From contig JBFWJS010000003.1 in NCBI GenBank assembly GCA_050253075.1, forward strand, positions 213,458 through 277,457: a DNA stretch of 64,000 nt, written 5' to 3'. The notes under the pieces were generated by a model. It made no database searches and had not been told where the DNA came from. It saw only the letters and a list, made by a program, of their open reading frames with translations. Both the position numbers and the translations under genes were made by a program. This document shows, piece after piece, positions 1 to 10,195 of the stretch (its first letter is position 1; the number at the start of each line of letters is the position of its first letter). Source of the DNA: Deferribacterales bacterium. GTDB lineage: Bacteria > Chrysiogenota > Deferribacteres > Deferribacterales > Geovibrionaceae.

Positions 1-1
1 G

Positions 2-883
2 AATAACGAAGAGTTGCTATATATCAAAGATATGCAGTATCTGAACAACGACGGACAAATGATAAACGAACAGATAAATCAGGTAGTGATAAGGAATCAG
101 GAGCTGACATCGAGGATAAGCAACCTGAAAGAAGGGCTGGCTCTTACAAAGGCGGAGATAGACATGACAGAGCCGCTGGTATACAGCGGGGCAGCGTCGA
201 AGATAGACCTGCTGAAACTGCAGAAAGAGCATAACTCGACCCAGACAGAGATAGAATCCGCAGGGATAAAGATAAAAGAAAACAATGCCGCAGCAGCGGA
301 ATACCGCAAAAAACTGCAGGAAGGTCAGATAAATTTCAGAAGCAGAGCCCAAAAGGAATATAACGAAACCGTTTCAGAGATTGAAAGGGTGTCTGAGACC
401 ATAACAGGGTTCGAAGATCAGGTAAGCCGAAGTGAAGTGCTGTCCCCCGTGAAAGGGATAGTGAAGAAGATATATGTGAACACTGTCGGCGGTGTTATCC
501 GACCGGGGATGGATATAATGGAGGTTGTGCCTATGGGAGACGTACTTGAGGTCGAGGCGAAGATAAAACCCTCGGACATCGGTTTCATCCACGAGGGGCA
601 GAAAGCATTGATAAAGTTCACCGCTTTTGATTTCAGCATATACGGCGGGCTGGATGCGCTGGTCACATATGTAAGCCCCGATACGTCCATAGAGGAGAAA
701 GAGGTCTACTACACCGTAAAGCTCGAGACATCTTCTAACGAGATAATAAAAGACGGGCGTGTGCATAAGATCATCCCGGGGATGGTCGTCTCCGCAGATA
801 TCATAACGGGGAAAAAGACCATTATGGACTATATACTTAAGCCTGTGCTGAAGACAAAGCAGGCTGCGTTCAGTGAACGATAA
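2..883 (+). CDS. HlyD-family type I secretion periplasmic adaptor (5'-partial; frame is open to the window edge)
   Basis: Coiled-coil region followed by SPVKGIV..VNTVGGVIRPG..IMEVVP, PSDIGFI, KFTAFDFSIYG and C-terminal IIPGM..ADIITGKKTIMDYILKP, typical of HlyD. Confidence 0.9.
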   Translation, partial: NNEELLYIKDMQYLNNDGQMINEQINQVVIRNQELTSRISNLKEGLALTKAEIDMTEPLVYSGAASKIDLLKLQKEHNSTQTEIESAGIKIKENNAAAAEYRKKLQEGQINFRSRAQKEYNETVSEIERVSETITGFEDQVSRSEVLSPVKGIVKKIYVNTVGGVIRPGMDIMEVVPMGDVLEVEAKIKPSDIGFIHEGQKALIKFTAFDFSIYGGLDALVTYVSPDTSIEEKEVYYTVKLETSSNEIIKDGRVHKIIPGMVVSADIITGKKTIMDYILKPVLKTKQAAFSER

Positions 884-937
884 ACAAAATGAATCGATAG
901 TGTGAAATATATGTCTTTTTTTTATAAATCTGATACA

Positions 938-1882
938 ATGAGTACAATGAATATAAAGCTGAAACACATCCAACAAATAGAGACCATAGCACGTCTCGGC
1001 AGTTTCAATAAAGCAGCCGAGGAGCTCTCGCTAAGCCAGCCTGCACTCAGCAGATCAATAGCATCGCTGGAAGAGCTTTTAAACGTGCCTATATTTAACA
1101 GGACGACGAGACAGATCCGTGTCACACACATCGGACAGATCATACTCGACATGGGGATGCCCCTGCTGAACGGCATGGAAAACCTTGAAAAGAACATAAG
1201 CTCCATCATCGGGCTGGATAAAGGCAAGATCGTCTTTGGAAGTGCGCCTTATCCCACGGCGACATATCTGCTGAAAGCGCTCACTTCATTCAGCGAGCAG
1301 TATCCCGACATAGATGTAAAAATATTGGAAAGTTCACCCGATATGCTGATAAAGCTGCTGCTGGACAGGAAAATAGATTTTTACATCGGAGACATCCGCT
1401 TTATAAACCATCTGGAGCACTTTGAGTATCTCGAAAAGATACTTCTGCCGAAAGAGAAGGTCTATCTCTGCTGCAGGAAAGGACACCCGATACTCGAAGG
1501 CGAGATAACACCCGAGGCTATAAAGAGCTATCCTTTCGCCTCTATCCCTGCGCCCATCGAACTTTTTGCAGATTCTCAGCTATTTGACATAAGCGGCATA
1601 TCATCACTGGATGAACTGCCTGTGCAGGTCATCACCAGCTCAAACCTTAACCTTATGATAGGGTATGTGTCGACGACAAATGCCATAGGTATGATGACGG
1701 AAACTGTTATGAAGCAGTGGAATTATGACCTTGAGCTTATCGACGTGCCATTTGTAAATATCCATACGAACATGGCGATAGTCTTTTTAAAGCACTCTTT
1801 TATGTACCCTGCGTCTAAGCGGATGTCGGATATCATTCTGGATGTTGCCAGAGAATTTTACGAGACGGAAGGGCATTATTAG
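938..1882 (+). CDS. LysR-family transcriptional regulator
   Basis: N-terminal HTH GSFNKAAEELSLSQPALSRSIASLEE, about 310 aa; start uncertain (902/938/947). Confidence 0.9.
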   Translation: MSTMNIKLKHIQQIETIARLGSFNKAAEELSLSQPALSRSIASLEELLNVPIFNRTTRQIRVTHIGQIILDMGMPLLNGMENLEKNISSIIGLDKGKIVFGSAPYPTATYLLKALTSFSEQYPDIDVKILESSPDMLIKLLLDRKIDFYIGDIRFINHLEHFEYLEKILLPKEKVYLCCRKGHPILEGEITPEAIKSYPFASIPAPIELFADSQLFDISGISSLDELPVQVITSSNLNLMIGYVSTTNAIGMMTETVMKQWNYDLELIDVPFVNIHTNMAIVFLKHSFMYPASKRMSDIILDVAREFYETEGHY

Positions 1883-1904
1883 CCGCTTAATTACAAGCAT
1901 CAAT

Positions 1905-3518
1905 CTATAATGAGCTGTGCACATAGTTCAGCTTATAAAGCGTCCATACGGGCTTGCCGTCCATGTCCACAGACCTGACCTTTGTCATCACCACGCCCGG
2001 GGTATTTGTCTCAGGGCTCAGCTTTTCGTCCTCAGACAGGAAGTATGCCGACCTGTTATCTGCCGATCCTTTCAGTTCGTTCATCCCGCTCCTTATGATA
2101 TTTTGCCCCACTGCCCAGACCAGCTTCATGTTGTTGTTGTCGGAGTAGAGCTCGGCCTTTTCACCCGTTAGCACGGTGCGCAGTTCGTGCAGGAGTACAA
2201 AGTCCTTATTAGGGATTATCTCCTGAGCAAGAGGCGGGACAACGTTTATCAGCACGATGAAAGTGATGACGACGGAGTGTATGTATGAAGTGCCCGAGCG
2301 GAGGCGTATGCTTCTGTATGCGGCATAGTTTGAAACCAGAGCTATGGCGAGCATTATAAGGTCGTTGTCCGATGCATTCGGTCTGGTATATGCGTATACC
2401 ACCGACGCTGTTACCAGGAGAGAGATCAATACGGTCAGCGCCATATACATGTTTATTATCAGCCTGTCGCTTCTGCTTAGTACCTCTTTCTTGAAAGCGT
2501 TTACGAGGTATCTCAGGTAATGCGACACTATAACGGCCATCGGTATGGTGACAGGGAGTAGGTATCTGTCCTTTTTTTCCGGTATCACGGCCAGCAGGAT
2601 GACCATTATCACCGTCCATAAAAGGAGCATCTGATAGTTTTTATTTTTACCTATCTTTTTATAAGCGTATGAAGGCCACATCATAGGCAGAATAATGAAT
2701 ACCCATATGCCCGACATAGCGGGGAACTGAAGGTAATACCAGAATGGCTTTATGTGCCTTGAGAACCAAGCCTGACTTTCATCTTTTACTATGCTGTGCA
2801 GCTCTGCGGGCATGTGTGTGTAGACATACAGAGGCCATGCGGTACTGACAGCAAGGCATACCAGCGTCATTACGGTAAAGTGCCTGAAGAGGTCCCCGGT
2901 GTATTCCTGTCTGTATATCACGGCGTGGCTTATCAGAAAGGGCAGAAGCAGAGCATAGAAAGATACGGGCCCCTTGCTGAGCCATGACAGCCCCATGAGA
3001 ACCCCTGCCGAGATGCTTGTCAGATATTTCTTTTCCTTAGAAGTGAAGGTGACGATGTAGAGCCAGACAGCCCCAAGCATGAAGCTGTGGCAAAAGATGT
3101 CCCAAGTGCCCTTCCTCGCCATATACATGAACATATAGCTGGTGGAAAGCACAATGGCAGCATATACGCCTGTTTCTCTGCTTCCTGACATCCGCTTTAC
3201 CGTCAGATATATAAATCCCACCATCAAAAGAGCAGCAAACCCTGCGGGGAGCCTGTTTGCTGCGAGGTTGTCATCTGTGCCGGATATCTTCATAGCGAGG
3301 GCTGTTGCCCATGTGGGGAGCGGCGGTTTGGCTATCCTCGGCTCTCCGTTCATGGTGGGGAGAAGCCAGTTGTTGTTCTGCACCATCTCTCTGGCGGTTA
3401 CAAAGTTCCTCGCCTCCATCAGGTCTACGTTCATATATTTGCTTCCTGAGTATATCCCGCTGAAGATGATGAAGCAGAGACCAAGTATGTATATATATTT
3501 TTTGTAAGTTTCCGCCAT
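1905..3518 (-). CDS. ArnT/PMT-like (GT-C fold) membrane glycosyltransferase
   Basis: EARNFVTAREMVQNNNWLLPTMNGEPRIAKPPLPTW, LSKGPV and KKDRYLLP motifs, multiple TM helices; GAGGTG RBS before ATG at 3518. Confidence 0.85.
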   Translation of the reverse strand: MAETYKKYIYILGLCFIIFSGIYSGSKYMNVDLMEARNFVTAREMVQNNNWLLPTMNGEPRIAKPPLPTWATALAMKISGTDDNLAANRLPAGFAALLMVGFIYLTVKRMSGSRETGVYAAIVLSTSYMFMYMARKGTWDIFCHSFMLGAVWLYIVTFTSKEKKYLTSISAGVLMGLSWLSKGPVSFYALLLPFLISHAVIYRQEYTGDLFRHFTVMTLVCLAVSTAWPLYVYTHMPAELHSIVKDESQAWFSRHIKPFWYYLQFPAMSGIWVFIILPMMWPSYAYKKIGKNKNYQMLLLWTVIMVILLAVIPEKKDRYLLPVTIPMAVIVSHYLRYLVNAFKKEVLSRSDRLIINMYMALTVLISLLVTASVVYAYTRPNASDNDLIMLAIALVSNYAAYRSIRLRSGTSYIHSVVITFIVLINVVPPLAQEIIPNKDFVLLHELRTVLTGEKAELYSDNNNMKLVWAVGQNIIRSGMNELKGSADNRSAYFLSEDEKLSPETNTPGVVMTKVRSVDMDGKPVWTLYKLNYVHSSL

Positions 3519-3556
3519 ATCGCACCTCTTATCATGGCTAAGATAACTTAGCCAAA

Positions 3557-3618
3557 ATGAAGAAAGCATGAAGAGGTGCTGCGGGCTTTGAAAATAATTT
3601 TCTTCATCTTTTCTTCAT
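3557..3618. promoter_or_regulatory. Two oppositely oriented ATGAAGA-N4-ATGAAGA tandem repeats; putative OmpR-family binding sites in the divergent promoter
   Basis: ATGAAGA at 3557 and 3568; TCTTCAT at 3601 and 3612; 11-bp period in both pairs. Confidence 0.65.
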
Positions 3619-3683
3619 TTCAGAGGAGTAGTTTATTGAATGATTTATATTGCTAATGCTCGGAGAGGTTATAAACTAAAGAT

Positions 3684-4367
3684 ATGAAAATACTTATCGT
3701 TGACGACGAGGTACAGCTCAGCACCGAGCTGAAGAATGTGCTCGAAAGCGGGAAATACGACGTAGATGTAGCCAACGCAGGCAATGAAGCACTGGATAAG
3801 ATATTCGGAAACAGCTACAACCTCATCATTCTGGATGTGATGCTCCCTGAGGTGGACGGCTTTGAGATACTGGAAGAGATACGCTCGGCAAACCTGACGA
3901 CGCCTGTGCTGATGCTGACGGCGAAGTCTGATGTGTCAGACAGGATAAACGGGCTGGACAAGGGTGCGGACGATTATCTCGTAAAGCCCTTTGCCGTGCC
4001 TGAGCTGCTGGCGAGGGTTCGTGCTCTCCTGCGCAGGGAAACTCTGGATAAAAAGCCTCTGCTGGAGATAAGCGACATCACGCTGAATACACTGACCAAC
4101 GAAGTACGCAAAGGCTCAGAAGTGCTGAACCTTACCAAAAAAGAGTTCATGGTTTTGGAATATCTGCTGTATAACAAAAACAGGACAGTGACAAAATTTT
4201 CTCTGTCTGAGCATGTCTGGGGCGACGAATTTGATGAATTCAGCGCATCTAATTACATAGATGTTCACATAAAAAACCTTAGAAAAAAGATCGGCGACGA
4301 GAACCACTCGATAATACAGACCAAGAGGGGCATAGGATACATCATTAATGATAAAGATGAAGATTAA
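3684..4367 (+). CDS. OmpR-family response regulator
   Basis: Receiver (IVDDE, LDVMLP, LTAK, GADDYLVKPF) plus winged helix (LTKKEF, IDVHIKNLRKK, TKRGIGY). Confidence 0.95.
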   Translation: MKILIVDDEVQLSTELKNVLESGKYDVDVANAGNEALDKIFGNSYNLIILDVMLPEVDGFEILEEIRSANLTTPVLMLTAKSDVSDRINGLDKGADDYLVKPFAVPELLARVRALLRRETLDKKPLLEISDITLNTLTNEVRKGSEVLNLTKKEFMVLEYLLYNKNRTVTKFSLSEHVWGDEFDEFSASNYIDVHIKNLRKKIGDENHSIIQTKRGIGYIINDKDED

Positions 4368-5697
4368 GACCAGAATAATTTCATACACTTTCCTGTCGTG
4401 CTTCATTGTCATATCTGTCCTTTCATCTTTCATCTATATCGAGATGAAGGAGATAGTTGTCCAGACTCTTGATTCTAACGCTTCCGAGGTTGAGAAAAGT
4501 TTATTTCATCTCATCACCTCAGAGGATAAATCCATCGATGAAACAGTCAATGCAGACGAATATGCAGAGTATTACATCAACATCTCATATATGGGAGAGA
4601 GCTATGCCTCAACTCTGGGCAGACAGTTCGCTCCGCCCCAATCAGGTAAAGAAAAGTTCGTGGCTGAGCTGTACCCGATAAAAGGGGACGGGTATACGTC
4701 AAAGACCTTCAGCTTTATAAGATATGATGCAGTGCATGCAGGCTCGGCTATGAGTATACTCATAGGCATCCCCCTGGACGGTATAGAGGAAGAACTGAAC
4801 GAGCTTTTTGTGAGTGTTTCTGTCTCGACGCTGATATCTATAATAATCATAGGTCTTTTGGGCGTGTTCATTGCGAATACGATACTGAAGCCTGTGCAGG
4901 ATATTGTGAAAGCCAGCGGAAACATAAACAGCAGAAACCTCAGCGGCAGGATAAAAGTACCGGCCAGCAGAGACGAGATATATGACCTGACCATAACGCT
5001 GAACACCCTTTTCGACAGGCTGGAGAAGTCATTCAATTTGCAGAAAGAATTTATCGCAGATATTTCCCATGAGATAAAGACGCCGCTGACCATAATGAAC
5101 ATAGCCACAGATACCGCCATGCAGGAAGCCGCAGAAAACGACTCGGAAGACAAGTATCTCTTCAAAATGTATAACAACCTGAACCGCCTGAACAAGCTGG
5201 TTAAGGACATCATAAACCTAAGCTATATAGAGACAAATCAGCTCGCATCAGTTGAGGATATCCCCCTGAAGGACATGGTGGAGGACATCACGGAGAACTT
5301 CTCGGAGATGATAGAGGAAAAGGGGATCAGGCTAAGCTGTCTCTTTGAGGGCAAAGGTGTCGTAAGTGGTGAATACCGCCTGATATACAGCGCAGTGACA
5401 AACCTCATACACAACGCAGTTAAATATAACGTAACAGGCGGTTACATTCAGATATCCGTCACGGACAATGAGGGGAAGACAGAGCTGAAGGTGGAGAACT
5501 CCTGTAATGATAATTCCGGTGTGGACACAGGCAGGATATTCGACAGATTCTACCGTGCTGAAAAATCACGCTCCAGAGAATACGGCGGGGCAGGGCTCGG
5601 GCTTTCGATAGTTAAAGAGATAGTGGTGAAACATAATGGCTCTATAACTGTCTATAAAACAGATAAAAAGACGATCTCGTTCGTGATGGTGATATAG
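4348..5697 (+). CDS. Sensor histidine kinase (2 TM, HAMP, HisKA, HATPase)
   Basis: DISHEIKTPLT H-box, NLIHNAVKY N-box, FDRFYR, GAGLGLSIV; overlaps the RR. Confidence 0.93.
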   Translation: MIKMKIKTRIISYTFLSCFIVISVLSSFIYIEMKEIVVQTLDSNASEVEKSLFHLITSEDKSIDETVNADEYAEYYINISYMGESYASTLGRQFAPPQSGKEKFVAELYPIKGDGYTSKTFSFIRYDAVHAGSAMSILIGIPLDGIEEELNELFVSVSVSTLISIIIIGLLGVFIANTILKPVQDIVKASGNINSRNLSGRIKVPASRDEIYDLTITLNTLFDRLEKSFNLQKEFIADISHEIKTPLTIMNIATDTAMQEAAENDSEDKYLFKMYNNLNRLNKLVKDIINLSYIETNQLASVEDIPLKDMVEDITENFSEMIEEKGIRLSCLFEGKGVVSGEYRLIYSAVTNLIHNAVKYNVTGGYIQISVTDNEGKTELKVENSCNDNSGVDTGRIFDRFYRAEKSRSREYGGAGLGLSIVKEIVVKHNGSITVYKTDKKTISFVMVI

Positions 5698-5698
5698 G

Positions 5699-8251
5699 AT
5701 GAATTTAAGAAAACCGGTTTCTGTTCTTCTGCTTTGTGCCGTTGTCGGGGGTGTTTTATACGCTGCCCACGGCTTTTTGAAAGATTATAACGTACATCAG
5801 ATAATATCAGAGCTGAATAACATATCTCTGAAGAAAGAGATATACGCAGTTCTTCTGGCTGCTGCCAGCTATGTTTTTCTTACATTTTACGACTTTCTCG
5901 GGCTTAGATATCTGGGAAAAAAGCTGGCTCCGATGTATGTTATCACCACATCGTTCATCAGCTATGCTTTCAGTAATTCCATCGGTCTTTCAATACTTGC
6001 GTCAGGGTCTCTCCGGTACAGATATTATTCTTACTGGGGGCTCAGCTTCAGCGAGATAACAAAGATAATATTCTTCACTACTGTGACGTTATGGGTGGGC
6101 GTGCTGTCCGTGGGCGGTCTGGCTTTTTGTTTTGGTCCCCATGTAGAGCTCCCCTACGGGATATTTAAATACATAGATACCGGATACATCGGGGTGCTGT
6201 TCATTGGAGTGATTTTCATATACCTCGCTCTCTTAGCATTCAAAAAAGAGCCGGTTGCTTTTTATGACAAAGAATTTGTACTGCCGAAGCTGCGCATGGG
6301 GCTTATGCAGGTATTTGTGGGTGGTGTGGACTGGATACTGGCGGGATCGGTTCTTTATGTTCTGATGCCTGATCAGGTACAGGTTAGCTTCACATCTTTC
6401 ATCGCCATATATCTTATCGCCCAGACAGTGGGGCTGATAAGCCACGTGCCCGGTGGTGCGCTGGTCTTTGAGGGTGTTCTGCTGTCGTTTTTCCCCGCTG
6501 AGTTTGTCCCGCAGATAATAGGCTCCGTACTTGTCTACAGGGTCATCTATTACATCCTGCCTCTGCTGGCGGCAAGCCTTATAATAGGCTTATCAGAGTT
6601 TTACCGTAACAGGAATAAGCTGGATAAGTATTACAGCGCCATCAACAGCATTTATATAAAGGTGATACCTAATCTGCTCTTTCTCATAGTCTTTTTATGC
6701 GGAGCATATATGTTCATGAAGGGGGCTATGCCCATAAACCCTGAGCGTTACCCGATAGTAAGAGAGATATTTCCGTTGCCTCTGGTTGAGTCTTCTCATT
6801 TTATGGAGAGCCTCATCGGGCTTATGCTGGTGATAATATCCCGAGGGCTGAAGATGCGTGTGGATCTGGCATTTCAGATGACTGTCGTCCTTCTGATAGC
6901 GGGTACTGTTTTCGGCATTGCAAAGGGGGCGGAGTACGAGACAGCTATGTTCGCCGTTTCAGTTATTGCCGTTCTTATCCCCGTACGGAAGCTGTTTAAC
7001 AGAAAGAGCTCTTTCTTTACGGACATTATGACAAAGGAATGGTTTGTCAGTATATTTGTAATATTGAGTGTTTTCATATGGATAGGCTTCTTTTCCTATA
7101 AGCATGTGGAATACAGCGACAGCCTGTGGTGGTCATTCACATTCGACGGCAACGCCTCACGTTTCTTACGTGCCATGATGGGCGCATTGGTGCTGGTGCT
7201 GGTGTTTGTCACTTATAAGTTTATGATGCCGTCCAAAAAAGTCCCTCAGGGGATAGACGACATAGCCGTCAGGCTCGATAAGATTATCCCCGATAACAAA
7301 GCATCCTATGCTTATCTGGCATATCTGTCCGATAAGAAATATATATTCAGCGAGTCCCGAGACCTGTTCATCATGTACGGCATATCGGGGCGCAGCTTCA
7401 TATCCATGGGAGACCCTGTGGGGGCAAATGAGAATGCCGACACCGTGGGCGGTCTTATACGCGATTTCCGCAGGACGGCGGTACAGCATGGGTGCAGCTC
7501 TGCCTTTTACGAGATAAGCGCAAAGTATATCCCTCAGTATATAGAATCAGGCTATAAGATATTCAAAATAGGAGAAGAGGCGAGGGTCGACCTCGGAACT
7601 TTCTCCCTGCAGGGCGGGCACTGGAGCGGTACAAGGAACAATATCAAAAAGCTGGAAAAGGGCGGATGTGATGTGCGCATGCTCGAAGGCGAAGAGCTCG
7701 ACGCCATGATGACAGCCCTGAAAGAGATATCAGATCAATGGCTTGAAAATAAAAGCACAAGGGAGAAGAAGTTCTCTCTCGGGCTCTTTGATGAAGCCTA
7801 TCTGAGAAAGACAAAGGTCGCCGCTGTTTTCTGTGAGGGGAAGCCTGTGGCATTTGCAAACCTGTGGCGGACAAACGACAAGAGTGAAATGTCTGTCGAC
7901 CTGATGAGATACAGCAACGATGCCCCTGCGGGCGTGATGGAGTTCCTGTTTGTAAAGCTGATGCTGATCGGGCAGGAAGAGGGCTATAAATACTTTAATC
8001 TGGGTATGGCTCCTCTGTCGGGCATCGACGCAAACCAGTACTCCCCGCTTTGGAATAAAGTAGCGGAAAAGATTTATAAGCACGGAGAGACCTTTTACAA
8101 CTTTAAAGGGCTCCGCAGTTACAAGAGTAAATTCCGCCCTGAATGGGAGCCGAAATATATCGCCGTTCACGGGCTCTTTGCACTGCCTAAAACCATAGCA
8201 AATGTCGCCTCTCTTATCAGCGGCAGTGCTGCTGGTGTATTTATTAAATAA
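5699..8251 (+). CDS. mprF: Bifunctional aminoacyl-phosphatidylglycerol flippase/synthase MprF
   Basis: 850 aa; TM flippase region (GSLRYRYY, ISHVPGG, VYRVIYY) and C-terminal synthase (MGDPVG, KIGEEARVDL, VDLMRY, FNLGMAPLSG, FYNFKGLRSYKSKFRPEWEPKY). Confidence 0.93.
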   Translation: MNLRKPVSVLLLCAVVGGVLYAAHGFLKDYNVHQIISELNNISLKKEIYAVLLAAASYVFLTFYDFLGLRYLGKKLAPMYVITTSFISYAFSNSIGLSILASGSLRYRYYSYWGLSFSEITKIIFFTTVTLWVGVLSVGGLAFCFGPHVELPYGIFKYIDTGYIGVLFIGVIFIYLALLAFKKEPVAFYDKEFVLPKLRMGLMQVFVGGVDWILAGSVLYVLMPDQVQVSFTSFIAIYLIAQTVGLISHVPGGALVFEGVLLSFFPAEFVPQIIGSVLVYRVIYYILPLLAASLIIGLSEFYRNRNKLDKYYSAINSIYIKVIPNLLFLIVFLCGAYMFMKGAMPINPERYPIVREIFPLPLVESSHFMESLIGLMLVIISRGLKMRVDLAFQMTVVLLIAGTVFGIAKGAEYETAMFAVSVIAVLIPVRKLFNRKSSFFTDIMTKEWFVSIFVILSVFIWIGFFSYKHVEYSDSLWWSFTFDGNASRFLRAMMGALVLVLVFVTYKFMMPSKKVPQGIDDIAVRLDKIIPDNKASYAYLAYLSDKKYIFSESRDLFIMYGISGRSFISMGDPVGANENADTVGGLIRDFRRTAVQHGCSSAFYEISAKYIPQYIESGYKIFKIGEEARVDLGTFSLQGGHWSGTRNNIKKLEKGGCDVRMLEGEELDAMMTALKEISDQWLENKSTREKKFSLGLFDEAYLRKTKVAAVFCEGKPVAFANLWRTNDKSEMSVDLMRYSNDAPAGVMEFLFVKLMLIGQEEGYKYFNLGMAPLSGIDANQYSPLWNKVAEKIYKHGETFYNFKGLRSYKSKFRPEWEPKYIAVHGLFALPKTIANVASLISGSAAGVFIK

Positions 8252-8358
8252 TTAATGCCTTAATTTAATAAATACTTACAGCATCATATACCGAATACTG
8301 AATATTTCAGGTTCGGTTCTATTTTTCAAAAAATTTACATTAAATTACAAATTTGCCC

Positions 8359-8402
8359 TTGACTTCTAAACCTGAAAGTCACATTGTTGACTCTACAGTC
8401 AA
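8359..8402 (+). promoter_or_regulatory. Promoter/operator of the TetR-RND operon
   Basis: TTGACT (-35-like) at 8359; palindrome TTGACT-CTAC-AGTCAA at 8387-8402 just upstream of the TetR gene. Confidence 0.6.
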
Positions 8403-8434
8403 AAAAATGAACAATTAGATTTTCAGGGGAATTG

Positions 8435-9028
8435 ATGGACATTAAAAGCAAGAAAAAAGAGATGATCAGCAATATGATCAAGCAGAATATTGTAAGCATC
8501 GTGATATCTCTTCTTTCAGAAGGAAAGCCGATAACGATGGACAATGTTGCCGCTGCATGCGGTGTGTCCAAAGGTACGGTTTACAATTATTTCGAAGACA
8601 GGAAGTCTCTGCTGAACCATGTACATAAGGAGATCATCACTCCTATAGTTATGGACAGGGATAATCTGTTTATGAGCGACATCTCTCCGCTGCAGAAACT
8701 GCGCGAATTCATAAAATCATTGAAAGCAACAGCCGACAACACTTCGGTTTATTTCAGATTTATCAAGAATGAACGCACGGTTGCAGAAGAGATGGAAGAT
8801 CATTTCAATCTACTTACTAAACCGCTTGCCAACGTTATAAAAGAAGGGATCGCCAAAGGTGAGCTGATTGAAATGGACCCGTATGTCATGGCAGAGATGC
8901 TTTCAGGCGGATGGATAGGCATATTCCACCTGCAGGATATAAAGCACGAAGACCTGCCAGAGTATCAGGATATAGAGAAGGAATTCAATAATGTATTGGA
9001 TATATTTGTATCAAAAGGAGATAAATGA
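8435..9028 (+). CDS. TetR/AcrR-family regulator
   Basis: ITMDNVAAACGVSKGTVYNYF HTH; heads the RND operon. Confidence 0.9.
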   Translation: MDIKSKKKEMISNMIKQNIVSIVISLLSEGKPITMDNVAAACGVSKGTVYNYFEDRKSLLNHVHKEIITPIVMDRDNLFMSDISPLQKLREFIKSLKATADNTSVYFRFIKNERTVAEEMEDHFNLLTKPLANVIKEGIAKGELIEMDPYVMAEMLSGGWIGIFHLQDIKHEDLPEYQDIEKEFNNVLDIFVSKGDK

Positions 9029-9031
9029 TTT

Positions 9032-10174
9032 ATGAGAAACATGATATTATTGGCAGTAGCAATAATAATTGTAGCCGGAGCAGGATACTTCTATCTGCAC
9101 GGTAAAGGGGGGAGCGGTAATGCTGCTCAGCAGGGCGGTGGAATGCCTCCCACTGCAGTCGACGTATATGTCGTTAACGAAGGCGACATAGATCTCACCA
9201 ACGAACTGTCTGGAAGAACTTCGGCATTCAGAATTTCTGAAATACGACCGCAGGTCAGCGGGATCATTAAGAAAAGATTTTTTACTGAAGGGGGCCTCGT
9301 GAATAAAGGCGAGCAGCTCTATCAGATAGACCCAAGTACATATGAGGCTGCACTCGAGAGCGCAAAAGCGTCTCTTCTGCAGGCGGAAGCTACTGTTATG
9401 TCTACGAAACCAAGAGCAGAAAGATATGCTGAGCTTGTGAAAGTGGGCGGTATCAGTCAGCAGGAATACGACGATGCCGCAGCAGCACTTAAGCAGGCTG
9501 AAGCATCAGTGGCGGCTGCACAGGCAGCAGTGAAAACAGCGTATATCAACCTCGAATACACTAAGGTGCTTGCTCCTATATCAGGACGCATAGGCAAATC
9601 AAGCGTGACAGAGGGTGCTCTGGTAACTGCTAATCAGGCTACGGCTCTGGCGACAGTTCAGCAGCTTGATAAGATATATGTAGATGTACAGCAGTCCAGT
9701 CAGGAGGCGAGAAAGCTTAGAAAAGGGGTAGCTTCTGAGTCTGCACCTGCCGCAGTGACACTGTTTGTCGAAAATGAGAAAGAGCCCTATGCCTATACCG
9801 GCGAGTTTCAGTTCACAGACGTGAGCGTGGACGAGACCACAGGCATGGTAAACCTCAGGATACTCTTCCCTAACCCTGAAGAGGAGCTCCTTCCGGGGCT
9901 TTTCGTAAAGGCGAAGGTGTCTGAAGAAGTTGCTAAGAATGTGATCCTCGTATCCCAGAGATCCGTAATGAGAAGTCAGGACGGCAGTGTGGTCGTTTGG
10001 ACAATAGATGCGGAGAATAAGGTCGGGGTAAGACCTATCGAAACACTCAAAGCCCTTGGCAATAAGTGGATCGTTACGGCAGGTCTGAAAGACGGCGACA
10101 GGGTTCTTCTTAACGGATTTCAGAAAACAGGCCCAGGAGCAGTGGTTGCTCCGACAGTCGTAACAGCGTATTAA
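9032..10174 (+). CDS. acrA: RND efflux periplasmic adaptor (AcrA/MexA-like)
   Basis: EIRPQVSGII, LYQIDP, YTKVLAPISGRIGKS, FPNP..LLPGLFV. Confidence 0.9.
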   Translation: MRNMILLAVAIIIVAGAGYFYLHGKGGSGNAAQQGGGMPPTAVDVYVVNEGDIDLTNELSGRTSAFRISEIRPQVSGIIKKRFFTEGGLVNKGEQLYQIDPSTYEAALESAKASLLQAEATVMSTKPRAERYAELVKVGGISQQEYDDAAAALKQAEASVAAAQAAVKTAYINLEYTKVLAPISGRIGKSSVTEGALVTANQATALATVQQLDKIYVDVQQSSQEARKLRKGVASESAPAAVTLFVENEKEPYAYTGEFQFTDVSVDETTGMVNLRILFPNPEEELLPGLFVKAKVSEEVAKNVILVSQRSVMRSQDGSVVVWTIDAENKVGVRPIETLKALGNKWIVTAGLKDGDRVLLNGFQKTGPGAVVAPTVVTAY

Positions 10175-10195
10175 TTGAAACAGGATATTTAGAAT

